From contig CALXBX010000055.1 in assembly GCA_944386655.1 (NCBI GenBank), positions 1 through 63,054 on the forward strand: a stretch of DNA of 63,054 nt, given 5' to 3'. A model generated the notes under the pieces. That model was not told the origin of the DNA, made no database searches, and saw only the letters and a program-made list of their open reading frames with translations. The stretch's first letter is position 1, and each line of letters begins with the position of its first letter. The position numbers and the translations under genes were made by a program. The stretch comes from an uncultured Clostridia bacterium (lineage in GTDB: Bacteria; Bacillota; Clostridia; TANB77; CAG-508). Positions 34,806-43,778 of the stretch are shown in pieces.

Positions 34806-37800
34806 TTATAATACGAATTTTTTAATGAAGATTACTCCTGCTGCTAAGATTATTATGCTTCCTCCTATTAGTCCTATATATTCTGCTTTTATTCCTGCTA
34901 CACCTGTTTTAATAGATAGAATCACTGGTGCATCGTCTATATCGTCTTCGCCTGGTACTTTATTATTTGGAGTAGAGTCTATATCTGGAGTATCATATTC
35001 GTTATCATCCTCACTGATTTCTGCTGTATTTACTTTTAATCCCATATTGTTTGCATTATTTATCCATGTTAATACTATCTCTACTTCTGCACTTTCTCCT
35101 GGTTGTAATAAAGTATCTTTTAGTGCATCTGTTGTAATAACTCCGTTTTTTTCTGTCCATCCTGGGTTATCTGCTGCTACAAATTGTAATCCTTCTGGTA
35201 CGTAGTCTGTAATTTCTTTTACATAACCTGCTATTTCACCTTCGTTGGTTACTCTTATTTTGTATCTAAATTTTACCACTACTTTATTTAATTTTCCACT
35301 TGGTATTTCTACTTTTACTGGTGCCTCTGGATCATCTTCTGCTTTATGTCCTGTATCTGTTACAGTCTCTTTTCCATTTTCGATTACAATTGCTTGGGTT
35401 ACCCATTTTCTTAAGGCTAAATCAAAATATTTTACTTTTACTTTTTCAATATCTTGATCATCTTCTCCTTCTATCCATTCGTCTGGTGTAGAATCTTTAT
35501 CTACTACATCTTCTCCTTTTTCATTTTGGTCATCTGCTATTTGTGCTTGGTTAATTAGGATTCTATCGGATGTATTTGGTTCTGTTACTTGGAATGCGAT
35601 TTGTATATCTCTATGGTCTGGCTCTTCCATCGTTTCTCTATCAAAAGCATCTAGTAGATTATCTCTTCCTGTTTGGTCTTCTTGCTCTTTAGATAGATAA
35701 TCTGTTTGTACGACTACTGCTTCTTCTACGTTTTCTGTCACATTTCCATTTTCATCTAACATTACCCATCTATATTCTACATTTGTTTCATGTTCTGGTA
35801 AGAATAATAATCCTTCTGGTAAATCATCTTTTACTAAAGATGCATACCCTGCCTGTGTTCCTTCATTGTAAATTCTTAATGTATAAGTAACGATATTTCC
35901 ATTTGCTACTTCTACTGGCTCTTTCGTATGTTCGTATACGTAATTTCCATTTTCGTCTATTGTAAAGACTGGTACTCTATTCGTTACTTCTGTATTGTCT
36001 ACTTTCGTAATGAATTTTCTTAATGCTAAATCGAAATATTTTAATTTGATATGCTCTTTGTCAATATCGTCTTCTGTTTCGTCTCCATTATCTGGTGTAG
36101 AATCTTTATCCTCTACTTCGTTTCCGTCTTCATCTGAATCGTCTGTAATTTCTGCAATATTGGTGATAATTCCTTCATAGGAATTTGCTGCTACTACTCT
36201 AAAGGCTACTTTTACTTCTTTATAGTCTGGTGATGTCATGGTGTCTGGATCAAATCCTTCTAATAAATTTTCTCCTGGTGTTTCTTCTTGTTCTTTTGAT
36301 AAGTAGTCTGTTCTAATAGCTACTGCTTCCTCTGGATTATCTGTTTCATTTCCATTTTCGTCTACCATTACCCATCTATATTCTATATTGGTTTCATGGT
36401 CTGGTAAAAATTCTAGTCCAGTTGGTATATCATCTGTAATTTCTTTGGCATATCCTGCTATATTTCCTTCGTTATATACACGGATAGTATATTCTACTAC
36501 ATCCATTGTTTCTACTTCTACTGGGTCTTTCGTATGTTCATAAATGTAATTTTCATTTTCATCTTTTACATTTGTAAATACTGGAACCCTATTAGTGACC
36601 GGATTTTCATCTACTCCTGTAATAAATTTTCTTAAAGCTAAGTCAAATTCTTCTAAGATTAATTTTTCAAAATCGTCGTCATCTTCTTGTCCTTTATAGA
36701 AATAGTTTTCATCATCTAAGATAGATTTATTACTGTCATTTCCTTTATAATCTGGTAAATTTTCATCACTTGGTAAATTTACATTTGCTTTTTCAGAATC
36801 TCTATCAGTAACTGTATTTCCATTTTCGTCTGTAGAATCTGTTATTTCTGCTATATTTGTAATAACTCTATCTAAATCTGCTGTGGATTTTACTCTACAT
36901 TTGATTTGAATATCCACATAGTCTGGTTCTGTCATAGTATCTGGGTCAAATGCTTTGATTAAGTTCTCTTCTGGGTCTATTTCTGATTTTGCAAGCTTTG
37001 TAGTAGTTGCTTTTCTTAAACTACTATCAATTAACCATCCTTGTGTGCTATTAAAGTTTTCTTCATCATCCATCACAAATTCTAGTTGTGGTGGTAGATA
37101 ATCAGTAATAGAGCTTGCATAACCATCTAATTCTCCTTCGTTATAGATTCTTAATGTGTAAATAACAATATCTCCTACAGATACTCCTACTGGATCCTTT
37201 GGATGTCTATAATTTGCGGTTGTACCACTTCCGTCTACTAATGGTGTTACATCTACTGTTGGAGCTCTTAAATAATTTCCGTCTGTATCTACTAATTCTT
37301 TTCCATTAATACTGGTTATGAATTTACGTAGAGCTAAATCGAATTCTTTTCCTGGAATAACTAATTCTTCGTAATCATCGTCATCTTCATAACCCCATCC
37401 TTGCTCTGAGGAACCTGGATTATAGTTTTCTTTTTGATCTTCTGTCAAATTGTCTGGTGTAGAGTCTCTATCTGGTATACTTTCATTTCCAGTATCGTCA
37501 CTATGTACGGTTATTTCTGCAATATTCTTTAAATGATGTTCTGTTTGTATATTGTCTAGTGAAACCACACATTCTACCTGCACATCTGCGTAGTCTAAAC
37601 TTGTTCCATTAAATTTTTCAATTAATGTGTCTGTTAATTTTGTGGTTACTATGGTTCTTCCATCACCTGATGGATTTGTCCATCCATTTTCTGTATTAAT
37701 TGTGCTATTTGATGCTAAAATTAGTCCTTCTGGTAAAATATCGGTTATTTCTTTCGCATAACCATCTACATTTCCTTCATTGTAAACACGAATTGTATAA

Positions 37801-39773
37801 ACAACAGTATCTCCATTTTCTACTTGAATAGGTGTTTTGGTATGTTGTTTTATTGCTGTACTAACTGTTCCATTTGCAAGTGCTGTTACATCCACTTGAG
37901 GTTCTCTAGATGGTTCTACTGGTGTTCCATTTACTGATACAATAAATTTTCTTAATGCTAAATCAAAAATTTTTCCTGGAATAATTAGTTCTTCATAGTC
38001 ATCATCATCCTCATAACCCCATCCTTGTTCTGAAGTTCCTGGATGATAATTTTGCTTTTGCTCATCTGTTAAATTATTTGGTGTAGAATCTCTATCTGTT
38101 ACACTCTCATTTCCATTACTATCACTATGTTTTGTAATTTCTGCTACATTCTTAAAATATTGTGCCATTTCATTATAACTTGCACTTACTACACACTCTA
38201 CTTGCACATCTTTATAATCTAAGGTAGTTCCATTAAACTTATTAATTAATGTATTTGCTAATTTTGTAGTTACAATGGTTTTTCCGTCTCGTGATGGATT
38301 TGTCCAACCATTTTCTTGGTTGATAGTGCTATTTTCTTTTAATGTTAATCCTTCTGGTAAAATATCGGTTATTTCCTTGGCATAACCATCTATATTTCCT
38401 TCGTTATAAATACGAATGGTATAAAGAACGGTGTCTCCTATTGCTACTTCAATAGGTGTTTTTGTATGTTGCTTGATAGCTGTTTCAGCTGTGCCATCTG
38501 CTAATTGTGTTACGTCTACTTGTGGTTCTCTAGATGGAGTTACTGGTGTATCATTTACTGATACAATAAACTTTCTTAATGCTAAATCAAAAATAGGGTT
38601 ATAATCTATGTCTGCACTAATATCATATTCTATTTTCTTTCTTACAACTTCTGCTACTGGTTGATCTATCTTTAATGCTTCTGTTGTAGATCCATTCACA
38701 GACCAATAAGTTACATTTGTTGTATATTCAGTTACATTTATTTTAAAGGTTAATCCATTGATATTTTCTGTATTTGGTATAGATAAGTAAAAATCTTGTC
38801 CAATTAGTTGGCTTGTCCCCTCATTTTTTTCATTTACTAAAGTATAAGAAATTGGTTGTCCTTCTTCGTTTTGCAAACTTGTAATAAAGGTAAAATCTTC
38901 TTTAATTAAACCATCTATATGATATGGTCCTACAATATAATTATTTCCTTGTACTTGTACTGTTGCATTTTCACTATTTAAAACAAATCTATCTGAATTA
39001 TTTATAACTGGTGCAGTATTTTTATTAGCTTCTCCTTGAGCTACAAGATATTGATATAATGCTACAGTATCATCATTTCTATCATCTCCATCAGCGAATT
39101 TATCTCCTATAGCTTCATAATCTCTCTCTCCTGTTTGTTTTACCCAAAGATAGAAAGTAGCGTCTGCATCTAATTGATATACATCATCATTTGTAAAATG
39201 CCATATTGCTAATTGTTGTGCAATATCTATCTCATCATCACTAATAGTACTATTTGCTAGTCCAGCATTTGTTAGTAATTCTTTTCTGTAATTCTGTGCT
39301 ACTTCTGTTTCTGTGTCTGTTGGGTTTTCTGTTGGCGCTGGTACATAACAATGCTCTAATACCCATACTAACGAATTATATCTTTCTCCTGTTGGAAGGA
39401 CATCTTTATATGGTGAAGGAATTGCATCTAAATTTTTTAAATCAAAATATTCTGTATAATTACGCTTTTGGATTACATTTCCCATGTCTGTAGAACCAAA
39501 CCCTGGTCCTCCTTTTAAACAGTATATGGCTCTATCTCTGTTTGGAATCGTTCCTGTTTGGTCATAAGCTGTAATTTTCCATAACACCTTTTCAGAAGCA
39601 TTTAATCCAGTTTTATAGGCATAACCTGAACTACGAAATTCTTCCAATCCTAAATATAGTCCTCCATTGCTATCTGTTGTAGCATATGTAAGAGAAGGTA
39701 TTATCATTCCTGCTCCTAAAACGACGGCCATTATTACCATCCTACAAGATTTTTTTAATTTCTTCCAATCCAT
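34806..39773 (-). CDS. Large surface adhesin: signal peptide, putative thioester domain (TED), six DUF11-type repeats, C-terminal hydrophobic anchor
   Basis: 1655 aa. SP ends ...LTYA. Cys85 lies in AIYCLKGGPG and Gln186/187 in IAQQLAIWHFTN (TQxA(I/V)W-like thioester motif). Six units start FDLALRK(F/W) and carry GDTVxYTIRIYNEGNxxGYAKEITDxLPEGL, the TIGR01451/DUF11 signature. The tail GLIGGSIIILAAGVIFIKKFVL is a TM with basic end. Confidence 0.75.
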   Translation of the reverse strand: MDWKKLKKSCRMVIMAVVLGAGMIIPSLTYATTDSNGGLYLGLEEFRSSGYAYKTGLNASEKVLWKITAYDQTGTIPNRDRAIYCLKGGPGFGSTDMGNVIQKRNYTEYFDLKNLDAIPSPYKDVLPTGERYNSLVWVLEHCYVPAPTENPTDTETEVAQNYRKELLTNAGLANSTISDDEIDIAQQLAIWHFTNDDVYQLDADATFYLWVKQTGERDYEAIGDKFADGDDRNDDTVALYQYLVAQGEANKNTAPVINNSDRFVLNSENATVQVQGNNYIVGPYHIDGLIKEDFTFITSLQNEEGQPISYTLVNEKNEGTSQLIGQDFYLSIPNTENINGLTFKINVTEYTTNVTYWSVNGSTTEALKIDQPVAEVVRKKIEYDISADIDYNPIFDLALRKFIVSVNDTPVTPSREPQVDVTQLADGTAETAIKQHTKTPIEVAIGDTVLYTIRIYNEGNIDGYAKEITDILPEGLTLKENSTINQENGWTNPSRDGKTIVTTKLANTLINKFNGTTLDYKDVQVECVVSASYNEMAQYFKNVAEITKHSDSNGNESVTDRDSTPNNLTDEQKQNYHPGTSEQGWGYEDDDDYEELIIPGKIFDLALRKFIVSVNGTPVEPSREPQVDVTALANGTVSTAIKQHTKTPIQVENGDTVVYTIRVYNEGNVDGYAKEITDILPEGLILASNSTINTENGWTNPSGDGRTIVTTKLTDTLIEKFNGTSLDYADVQVECVVSLDNIQTEHHLKNIAEITVHSDDTGNESIPDRDSTPDNLTEDQKENYNPGSSEQGWGYEDDDDYEELVIPGKEFDLALRKFITSINGKELVDTDGNYLRAPTVDVTPLVDGSGTTANYRHPKDPVGVSVGDIVIYTLRIYNEGELDGYASSITDYLPPQLEFVMDDEENFNSTQGWLIDSSLRKATTTKLAKSEIDPEENLIKAFDPDTMTEPDYVDIQIKCRVKSTADLDRVITNIAEITDSTDENGNTVTDRDSEKANVNLPSDENLPDYKGNDSNKSILDDENYFYKGQEDDDDFEKLILEEFDLALRKFITGVDENPVTNRVPVFTNVKDENENYIYEHTKDPVEVETMDVVEYTIRVYNEGNIAGYAKEITDDIPTGLEFLPDHETNIEYRWVMVDENGNETDNPEEAVAIRTDYLSKEQEETPGENLLEGFDPDTMTSPDYKEVKVAFRVVAANSYEGIITNIAEITDDSDEDGNEVEDKDSTPDNGDETEDDIDKEHIKLKYFDLALRKFITKVDNTEVTNRVPVFTIDENGNYVYEHTKEPVEVANGNIVTYTLRIYNEGTQAGYASLVKDDLPEGLLFLPEHETNVEYRWVMLDENGNVTENVEEAVVVQTDYLSKEQEDQTGRDNLLDAFDRETMEEPDHRDIQIAFQVTEPNTSDRILINQAQIADDQNEKGEDVVDKDSTPDEWIEGEDDQDIEKVKVKYFDLALRKWVTQAIVIENGKETVTDTGHKAEDDPEAPVKVEIPSGKLNKVVVKFRYKIRVTNEGEIAGYVKEITDYVPEGLQFVAADNPGWTEKNGVITTDALKDTLLQPGESAEVEIVLTWINNANNMGLKVNTAEISEDDNEYDTPDIDSTPNNKVPGEDDIDDAPVILSIKTGVAGIKAEYIGLIGGSIIILAAGVIFIKKFVL
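37344..38591 (-). repeat. Intragenic tandem duplication, 2 x 624 nt (DUF11 repeat units 1 and 2)
   Basis: Units starting at F395 and F603 are colinear over 208 aa. I counted 47 differences by eye, about 77% identity. This is much closer than either is to units 3-6. Confidence 0.85.
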
Positions 39774-39960
39774 TTTTCTACCATCCTTCTTTTAAACTGT
39801 TTCTTTTATTTTCTAATTACTCTATTCTTATTTTAAAGCCCTTTTCTGGTTTCGTCAATAGCAAAATTTAACAGCTTTTCTACTCTCTGCTAATTGTATT
39901 TTTTTGCTCTACGGAAGCACCTTTTTGCTCCCTGTTCTTTTTTATTACCTTTACATTACA

Positions 39961-39989
39961 ATTATATTACATTTTTGTTACAAAATCAA
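39961..39989 (-). promoter_or_regulatory. Candidate promoter of the adhesin gene (TTGATT-17-TATAAT) giving a ~180-nt leader
   Basis: Minus strand: TTGATT (39989..39984), 17-nt spacer, TATAAT (39966..39961). Confidence 0.4.
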
Positions 39990-40383
39990 GGTTTTAGGGC
40001 AATTTTACTAGGAAAATAGGGAGTTTGCCGCATGAGAATTTTTAAAATTTTTGTATGCGATTTTTTAATATAATAATCAAAAATAATAATAAAAAAACAA
40101 TAGACCTATATTAAAATCTATTGTTTTTTCTAGTTCTTGGAGGCGACAGTCAGAAAACAAGCAGATTTAAAGCCTCTATTTCTGCATAGTTTCGGACATC
40201 TACTGTTTAGATTTATCGCAATTTTACTGCAACGGCTCAAATTGTATTTTATAAATGATATCTATTTATACTGAAAATTAATTGTAAATTTTTGGTAAGT
40301 TTGCTTGTTTTCTAAAGAAGATAATACATAATAGTATTGTCAAAACAGGATAGAATGTTGTGGTCTATCCTGTTTTTATATAA

Positions 40384-40416
40384 TAAAAAAGTATGTGTAG
40401 TTGTGATACACATACT
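40384..40416 (-). terminator. Rho-independent terminator of the tRNA pair
   Basis: Minus strand: AGTATGTGTA-tcacaac-TACACATACT followed by TTTTTT. Confidence 0.7.
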
Positions 40417-40517
40417 AGCACAAATGACATTCGCAGAACTTTGAATGTTTTGTTTATTTAATGTAAATATATAATAATATTTTTTTATATATTTGTCAAA
40501 TATTTTTTTATTAAAAT

Positions 40518-40591
40518 TGGAGGCGCCACCCGGATTTGAACCGGGGATCAGAGTTTTGCAGACTCGTGCCTTACCACTTGGCTATAGCGCC
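40518..40591 (-). tRNA. tRNA-Cys (GCA), CCA encoded
   Basis: Minus-strand sequence GGCGCTATAGCCAAGTGGTAAGGCACGAGTCTGCAAAACTCTGATCCCCGGTTCAAATCCGGGTGGCGCCTCCA folds as a cloverleaf. Anticodon loop CTGCAAA, T-arm CCCGG/CCGGG. Confidence 0.93.
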
Positions 40592-40604
40592 GAATATAAT
40601 AATA

Positions 40605-40680
40605 TGGAGCGGAAAACGGGGCTCAAACCCGCGACCTCTGCCTTGGCAAGGCAGCGCTCTATCAACTGAGCTATTTCCGC
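40605..40680 (-). tRNA. tRNA-Gly (GCC), CCA encoded
   Basis: Minus-strand sequence GCGGAAATAGCTCAGTTGATAGAGCGCTGCCTTGCCAAGGCAGAGGTCGCGGGTTTGAGCCCCGTTTTCCGCTCCA. Anticodon stem CTGCC/GGCAG, loop TTGCCAA. Confidence 0.93.
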
Positions 40681-40813
40681 ATTTCTATCTTCTTTGTACA
40701 TAATTTCCTGTGTTAGTTCATATACTTCTTCCAAAAAACAATTATTATGATAACAAAGTTTGATAGAAAAGTCAAGGTTTTCTCTAAATTTTTATAGGAA
40801 ATCTACTCTCCTT

Positions 40814-42046
40814 TTATGGAAAAACCGCTAAAAATTCTTGTATATAGGACCATATATCTTTTCGTTCTATTCTATCTTCTATTAATATATCTATATATTC
40901 TATTACTTCTTCTTTATATTTTATAACAATGTTTCCTATTTTTGTATTTTCTCTAACCGGTGCCTCATATTGATAAATACAATGGAATTGTATTTCTATT
41001 TTATTCTCTTCTCCTTTTGTTATACTTAAAGTTTCTTTTTCTATATTTCCTAAACTTAGTTTTATTGAATTGTTCTTTGCTTTATATATGTATATGCGTT
41101 TTTGATTAATTTGTTTCCATTTTTCAAATTCTTTTTCTATTTTTGTTTTTAAATCTATTGTTTCGAAGTTTTCAAATGCATATTCTATTAGTTTAATACT
41201 ATCTTGTGTTCTTTGCTTTTTCGTATCTGCTCCTAATACTACTACAATTATCTGTTTTCCATTTCGAGTAGTAGATGTTACTAAACACCTTCCTGCATTT
41301 CCTGTAAAACCTGTTTTCACACCATCTACACCATTCAAATTTCCTAATAATTCATTGGTATTATATAGTAGCCTTGCTACTCCATTAATAGAAATCGTTG
41401 CAGTCTTACTAGCCACAATTTTCCTAAATGTTTCATTTTCCAAAGCATAATCTGTTAGCACTGCTAATTCGTATGCCGTTGTATAATGATTTTCATCATC
41501 TAATCCATGTGGTGTTACGAAATGTGTATTTTCTAAATTTAATTCTTCTGCTTTTTTATTCATTAATGTTGCAAATCCTTCTATATTTCCACCCACATAT
41601 TCTGCAAGTGCTACTGCGGTATCATTTCCAGATCGTAATAAAAGTCCATATAATAAATGAAGCACTGTAATTTTATCTCCTGTATTCACATGCAAACAAG
41701 ATCCTCCTGTATTCGCTGCCTTTTTGGATATAGTAACTACATCTGATAAATTGGTGTTTTCTAAAACTACAATGGCTGTCATTATCTTAGTAGTAGATGC
41801 CATGGCTCTTTTTTGTGTTTCCTTTTTTCCCCACAATACTTGTTTTGTTTCTCTATCATAAATAACTGCAGCTCTACTATTGATAACGGGGTCATTTACT
41901 GTTTCTCCCGCTGTTTCTACCACAATTTGTTGTATTTCATTTTCTTGCCATTCTTCTTCCTCTACATCATCTGCATAAACTACCTTTGCTTGTAGCAACA
42001 CACAGACAATTAAAATTACACACCACGTTCGTTTGATTTTTTGCAT
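40814..42046 (-). CDS. D-alanyl-D-alanine carboxypeptidase (S11, PBP5-like with C-terminal beta domain)
   Basis: Signal peptide present. Motifs SxxK (ASTTKIMT), SxN (SGND), KTG (KTGFTG). Confidence 0.9.
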   Translation of the reverse strand: MQKIKRTWCVILIVCVLLQAKVVYADDVEEEEWQENEIQQIVVETAGETVNDPVINSRAAVIYDRETKQVLWGKKETQKRAMASTTKIMTAIVVLENTNLSDVVTISKKAANTGGSCLHVNTGDKITVLHLLYGLLLRSGNDTAVALAEYVGGNIEGFATLMNKKAEELNLENTHFVTPHGLDDENHYTTAYELAVLTDYALENETFRKIVASKTATISINGVARLLYNTNELLGNLNGVDGVKTGFTGNAGRCLVTSTTRNGKQIIVVVLGADTKKQRTQDSIKLIEYAFENFETIDLKTKIEKEFEKWKQINQKRIYIYKAKNNSIKLSLGNIEKETLSITKGEENKIEIQFHCIYQYEAPVRENTKIGNIVIKYKEEVIEYIDILIEDRIERKDIWSYIQEFLAVFP

Positions 42047-42098
42047 TTAAAATCACCTTTTATATTATATTTTAAAAGGTGATTTTTATGCTAATGTT

Positions 42099-43676
42099 TT
42101 AGTATCTTCCATCTCTTTGATGTCCTAACTCTTCTTCTAATTCTTCTGTAACCAACTCTATAACTTCCTTTGTATCTTTCTGAGGATTTTCCTTCCTTTT
42201 TTCTGCAAATATTTGCTTTGCCTTTTCTGCATTAGGCTCTCCTTGTTTATAATATCCCCATTTTATTGCTAATGCCTCATAGTTTACCCTATCATGTACA
42301 TGCGATTTTGTATCTCTTTCTCCATCAATGTCTTCTGTTTTCATTTTATCTTCTTTTATCAATTTTCCAGATTTGTTTTCATGTAGTTTTGCTTCTTGAT
42401 AACTTTCTTCTACACTTCTATATCCGTCTCCATATTCTTCTGCTAAATCTCTTTCTTCCTTTTTTATCTCCCATACGTTATCTGTTTCTAGTTCTCTATC
42501 TAAGCTTTTATTTCCTTCTATTCCTTTTCCTCCTATTGTTTTTCTTGGTGAATGATATACTTTTATCTCTCCATATTTTCCATTTTTTATAGCCAGACTT
42601 CCTTCCCCTAACTTAAATCTAGATAATACATCATCTTTTTGAACAGTACTATTTTGACCCACTTGATAATTTTGCTCTCGTGGATTATTTCCTTCTGCAT
42701 GGTCTTGTTCCAAGTTTAATGGCACCACACTGCCGTCTTTTGCTATTGCTACCATGGAATACCTTGTTGTATTTGTTTTCGCCTGCTCTCCTTTATGGTT
42801 TAATAAATTGTCTCTTTCGTCTGATTCTATAATTCCTATTTTTTCAAAGCTTTTTCCTTCCATTTGTGGTAATTTTCCTGTATCTTTCAGCAATTTTCCT
42901 AAGGTTTTCATATCTGTTACTTTGTTATCTACATCCATCTCTTGTTTGATATTAACATCTTTTATACTACTCTGCTTTTTCTGAAGAAATATTGGCTGCT
43001 TTTGCATAATTTGTATATTTTGCTTTCTTTCCGCTTTTTCTTTTTTTGTTTCTATCTCTTCTTGTAAATCTATTGTAGCTATCCTAGTAATTTCTCTTCC
43101 TTTTTCTAGTTGTAGAGCTTTTTCTATTAAATGTTTTTGTTCTTCTTGTTCTTGTCTTAAAGATATTTCTTTTCTATTTAAATCAATAGATTGTACAATA
43201 TCTTTTATTTGTTTAGCTAGTTCATTTTCTATACTATTTTCTTTAAAAATGATAGGATTTTCTTTTAATTTTTTAATAAAAGTTCCTATTTCTTCTGTTC
43301 CTAAATAATACCTACCTGTTTCACCTTCATCTACTAAATACAAACCTTCTATTTTAGAACCAATTCGCAAGCGTTCTATTAGATAAATATCTTTTACATT
43401 TACTAATTTTCCAGCTTGTTTTAAAAGTTTTGCTATTCTTTTTAAATCATTCATAAATTTGCGATTATTTAAAAAACAGCCTATTAGTTTATTTTGTTTT
43501 ACTTCCATGATAAGGCATTTTTCTATTTGCCCTATTAATTCTTCTGGTGCAAAATCTTTGGTATCTTCTATAGATACCATTTGTTCCATATCTAAAATTT
43601 TAGCAATGTACCAATTTTCTTTTCGCTCTATTATTTTTACTCTATATACTTTTCCTACATATTTTTCTAAATCCAT
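42099..43676 (-). CDS. Hypothetical soluble 525-aa protein, highly charged
   Basis: No TM and no P-loop. Internal recurring motif (A/G)KLLK(Q/D)(A/T)GKL appears twice. Separated from the upstream operon by an 18-bp hairpin. Confidence 0.6.
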   Translation of the reverse strand: MDLEKYVGKVYRVKIIERKENWYIAKILDMEQMVSIEDTKDFAPEELIGQIEKCLIMEVKQNKLIGCFLNNRKFMNDLKRIAKLLKQAGKLVNVKDIYLIERLRIGSKIEGLYLVDEGETGRYYLGTEEIGTFIKKLKENPIIFKENSIENELAKQIKDIVQSIDLNRKEISLRQEQEEQKHLIEKALQLEKGREITRIATIDLQEEIETKKEKAERKQNIQIMQKQPIFLQKKQSSIKDVNIKQEMDVDNKVTDMKTLGKLLKDTGKLPQMEGKSFEKIGIIESDERDNLLNHKGEQAKTNTTRYSMVAIAKDGSVVPLNLEQDHAEGNNPREQNYQVGQNSTVQKDDVLSRFKLGEGSLAIKNGKYGEIKVYHSPRKTIGGKGIEGNKSLDRELETDNVWEIKKEERDLAEEYGDGYRSVEESYQEAKLHENKSGKLIKEDKMKTEDIDGERDTKSHVHDRVNYEALAIKWGYYKQGEPNAEKAKQIFAEKRKENPQKDTKEVIELVTEELEEELGHQRDGRY

Positions 43677-43720
43677 AGTTCACCTCTTGCTTTATGATAG
43701 CATATACATCATCTAAAAGT

Positions 43721-43774
43721 AAAGAAAATCACAAGAAATCTCTGTAAATAAGAAGTTTTCTTGTGATTTTCTTT
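43721..43774 (-). terminator. Strong hairpin (perfect 18-bp stem) ending the T4SS-like operon
   Basis: AAAGAAAATCACAAGAAA (43721..43738) pairs perfectly with TTTCTTGTGATTTTCTTT (43757..43774). It starts 4 nt 3' of the stop at 43779, and the 3' arm is U-rich on the minus strand. Confidence 0.65.
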
Positions 43775-43778
43775 AGGA

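Noticed and set aside
34812-34935. The C-terminal SIKTG + hydrophobic + KK tail of the adhesin was considered as a sortase sorting signal.
   Set aside because: The motif lacks the Pro/Ala at position 2 of known LPXTG/LAXTG/(S/P)PXTG signals. A plain C-terminal TM anchor explains the sequence equally well. It is mentioned in the finding but not called.
39774-39960. The ~180-nt leader of the adhesin gene was examined for a c-di-GMP riboswitch (class I or II), given the neighbouring GGDEF gene.
   Set aside because: I could not find the conserved GEMM-I (GGACGCAAAGCC-type) or class II (ACCGGGC/pseudoknot) elements. Only one 7-bp hairpin (GGGAGCA/TGCTTCC) is present. An Rfam scan is needed before any claim.
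40137-40145. TTGGAGGCG at 40137 duplicates the 3' end of tRNA-Cys (40517..40525). This raised the idea of an att site left by an integrative element targeting the tRNA.
   Set aside because: Only 9 nt match. The interval is about 380 nt and contains no genes, and the T4SS-like locus lies on the other (5') side of the tRNAs. This is insufficient for an attL/attR call.
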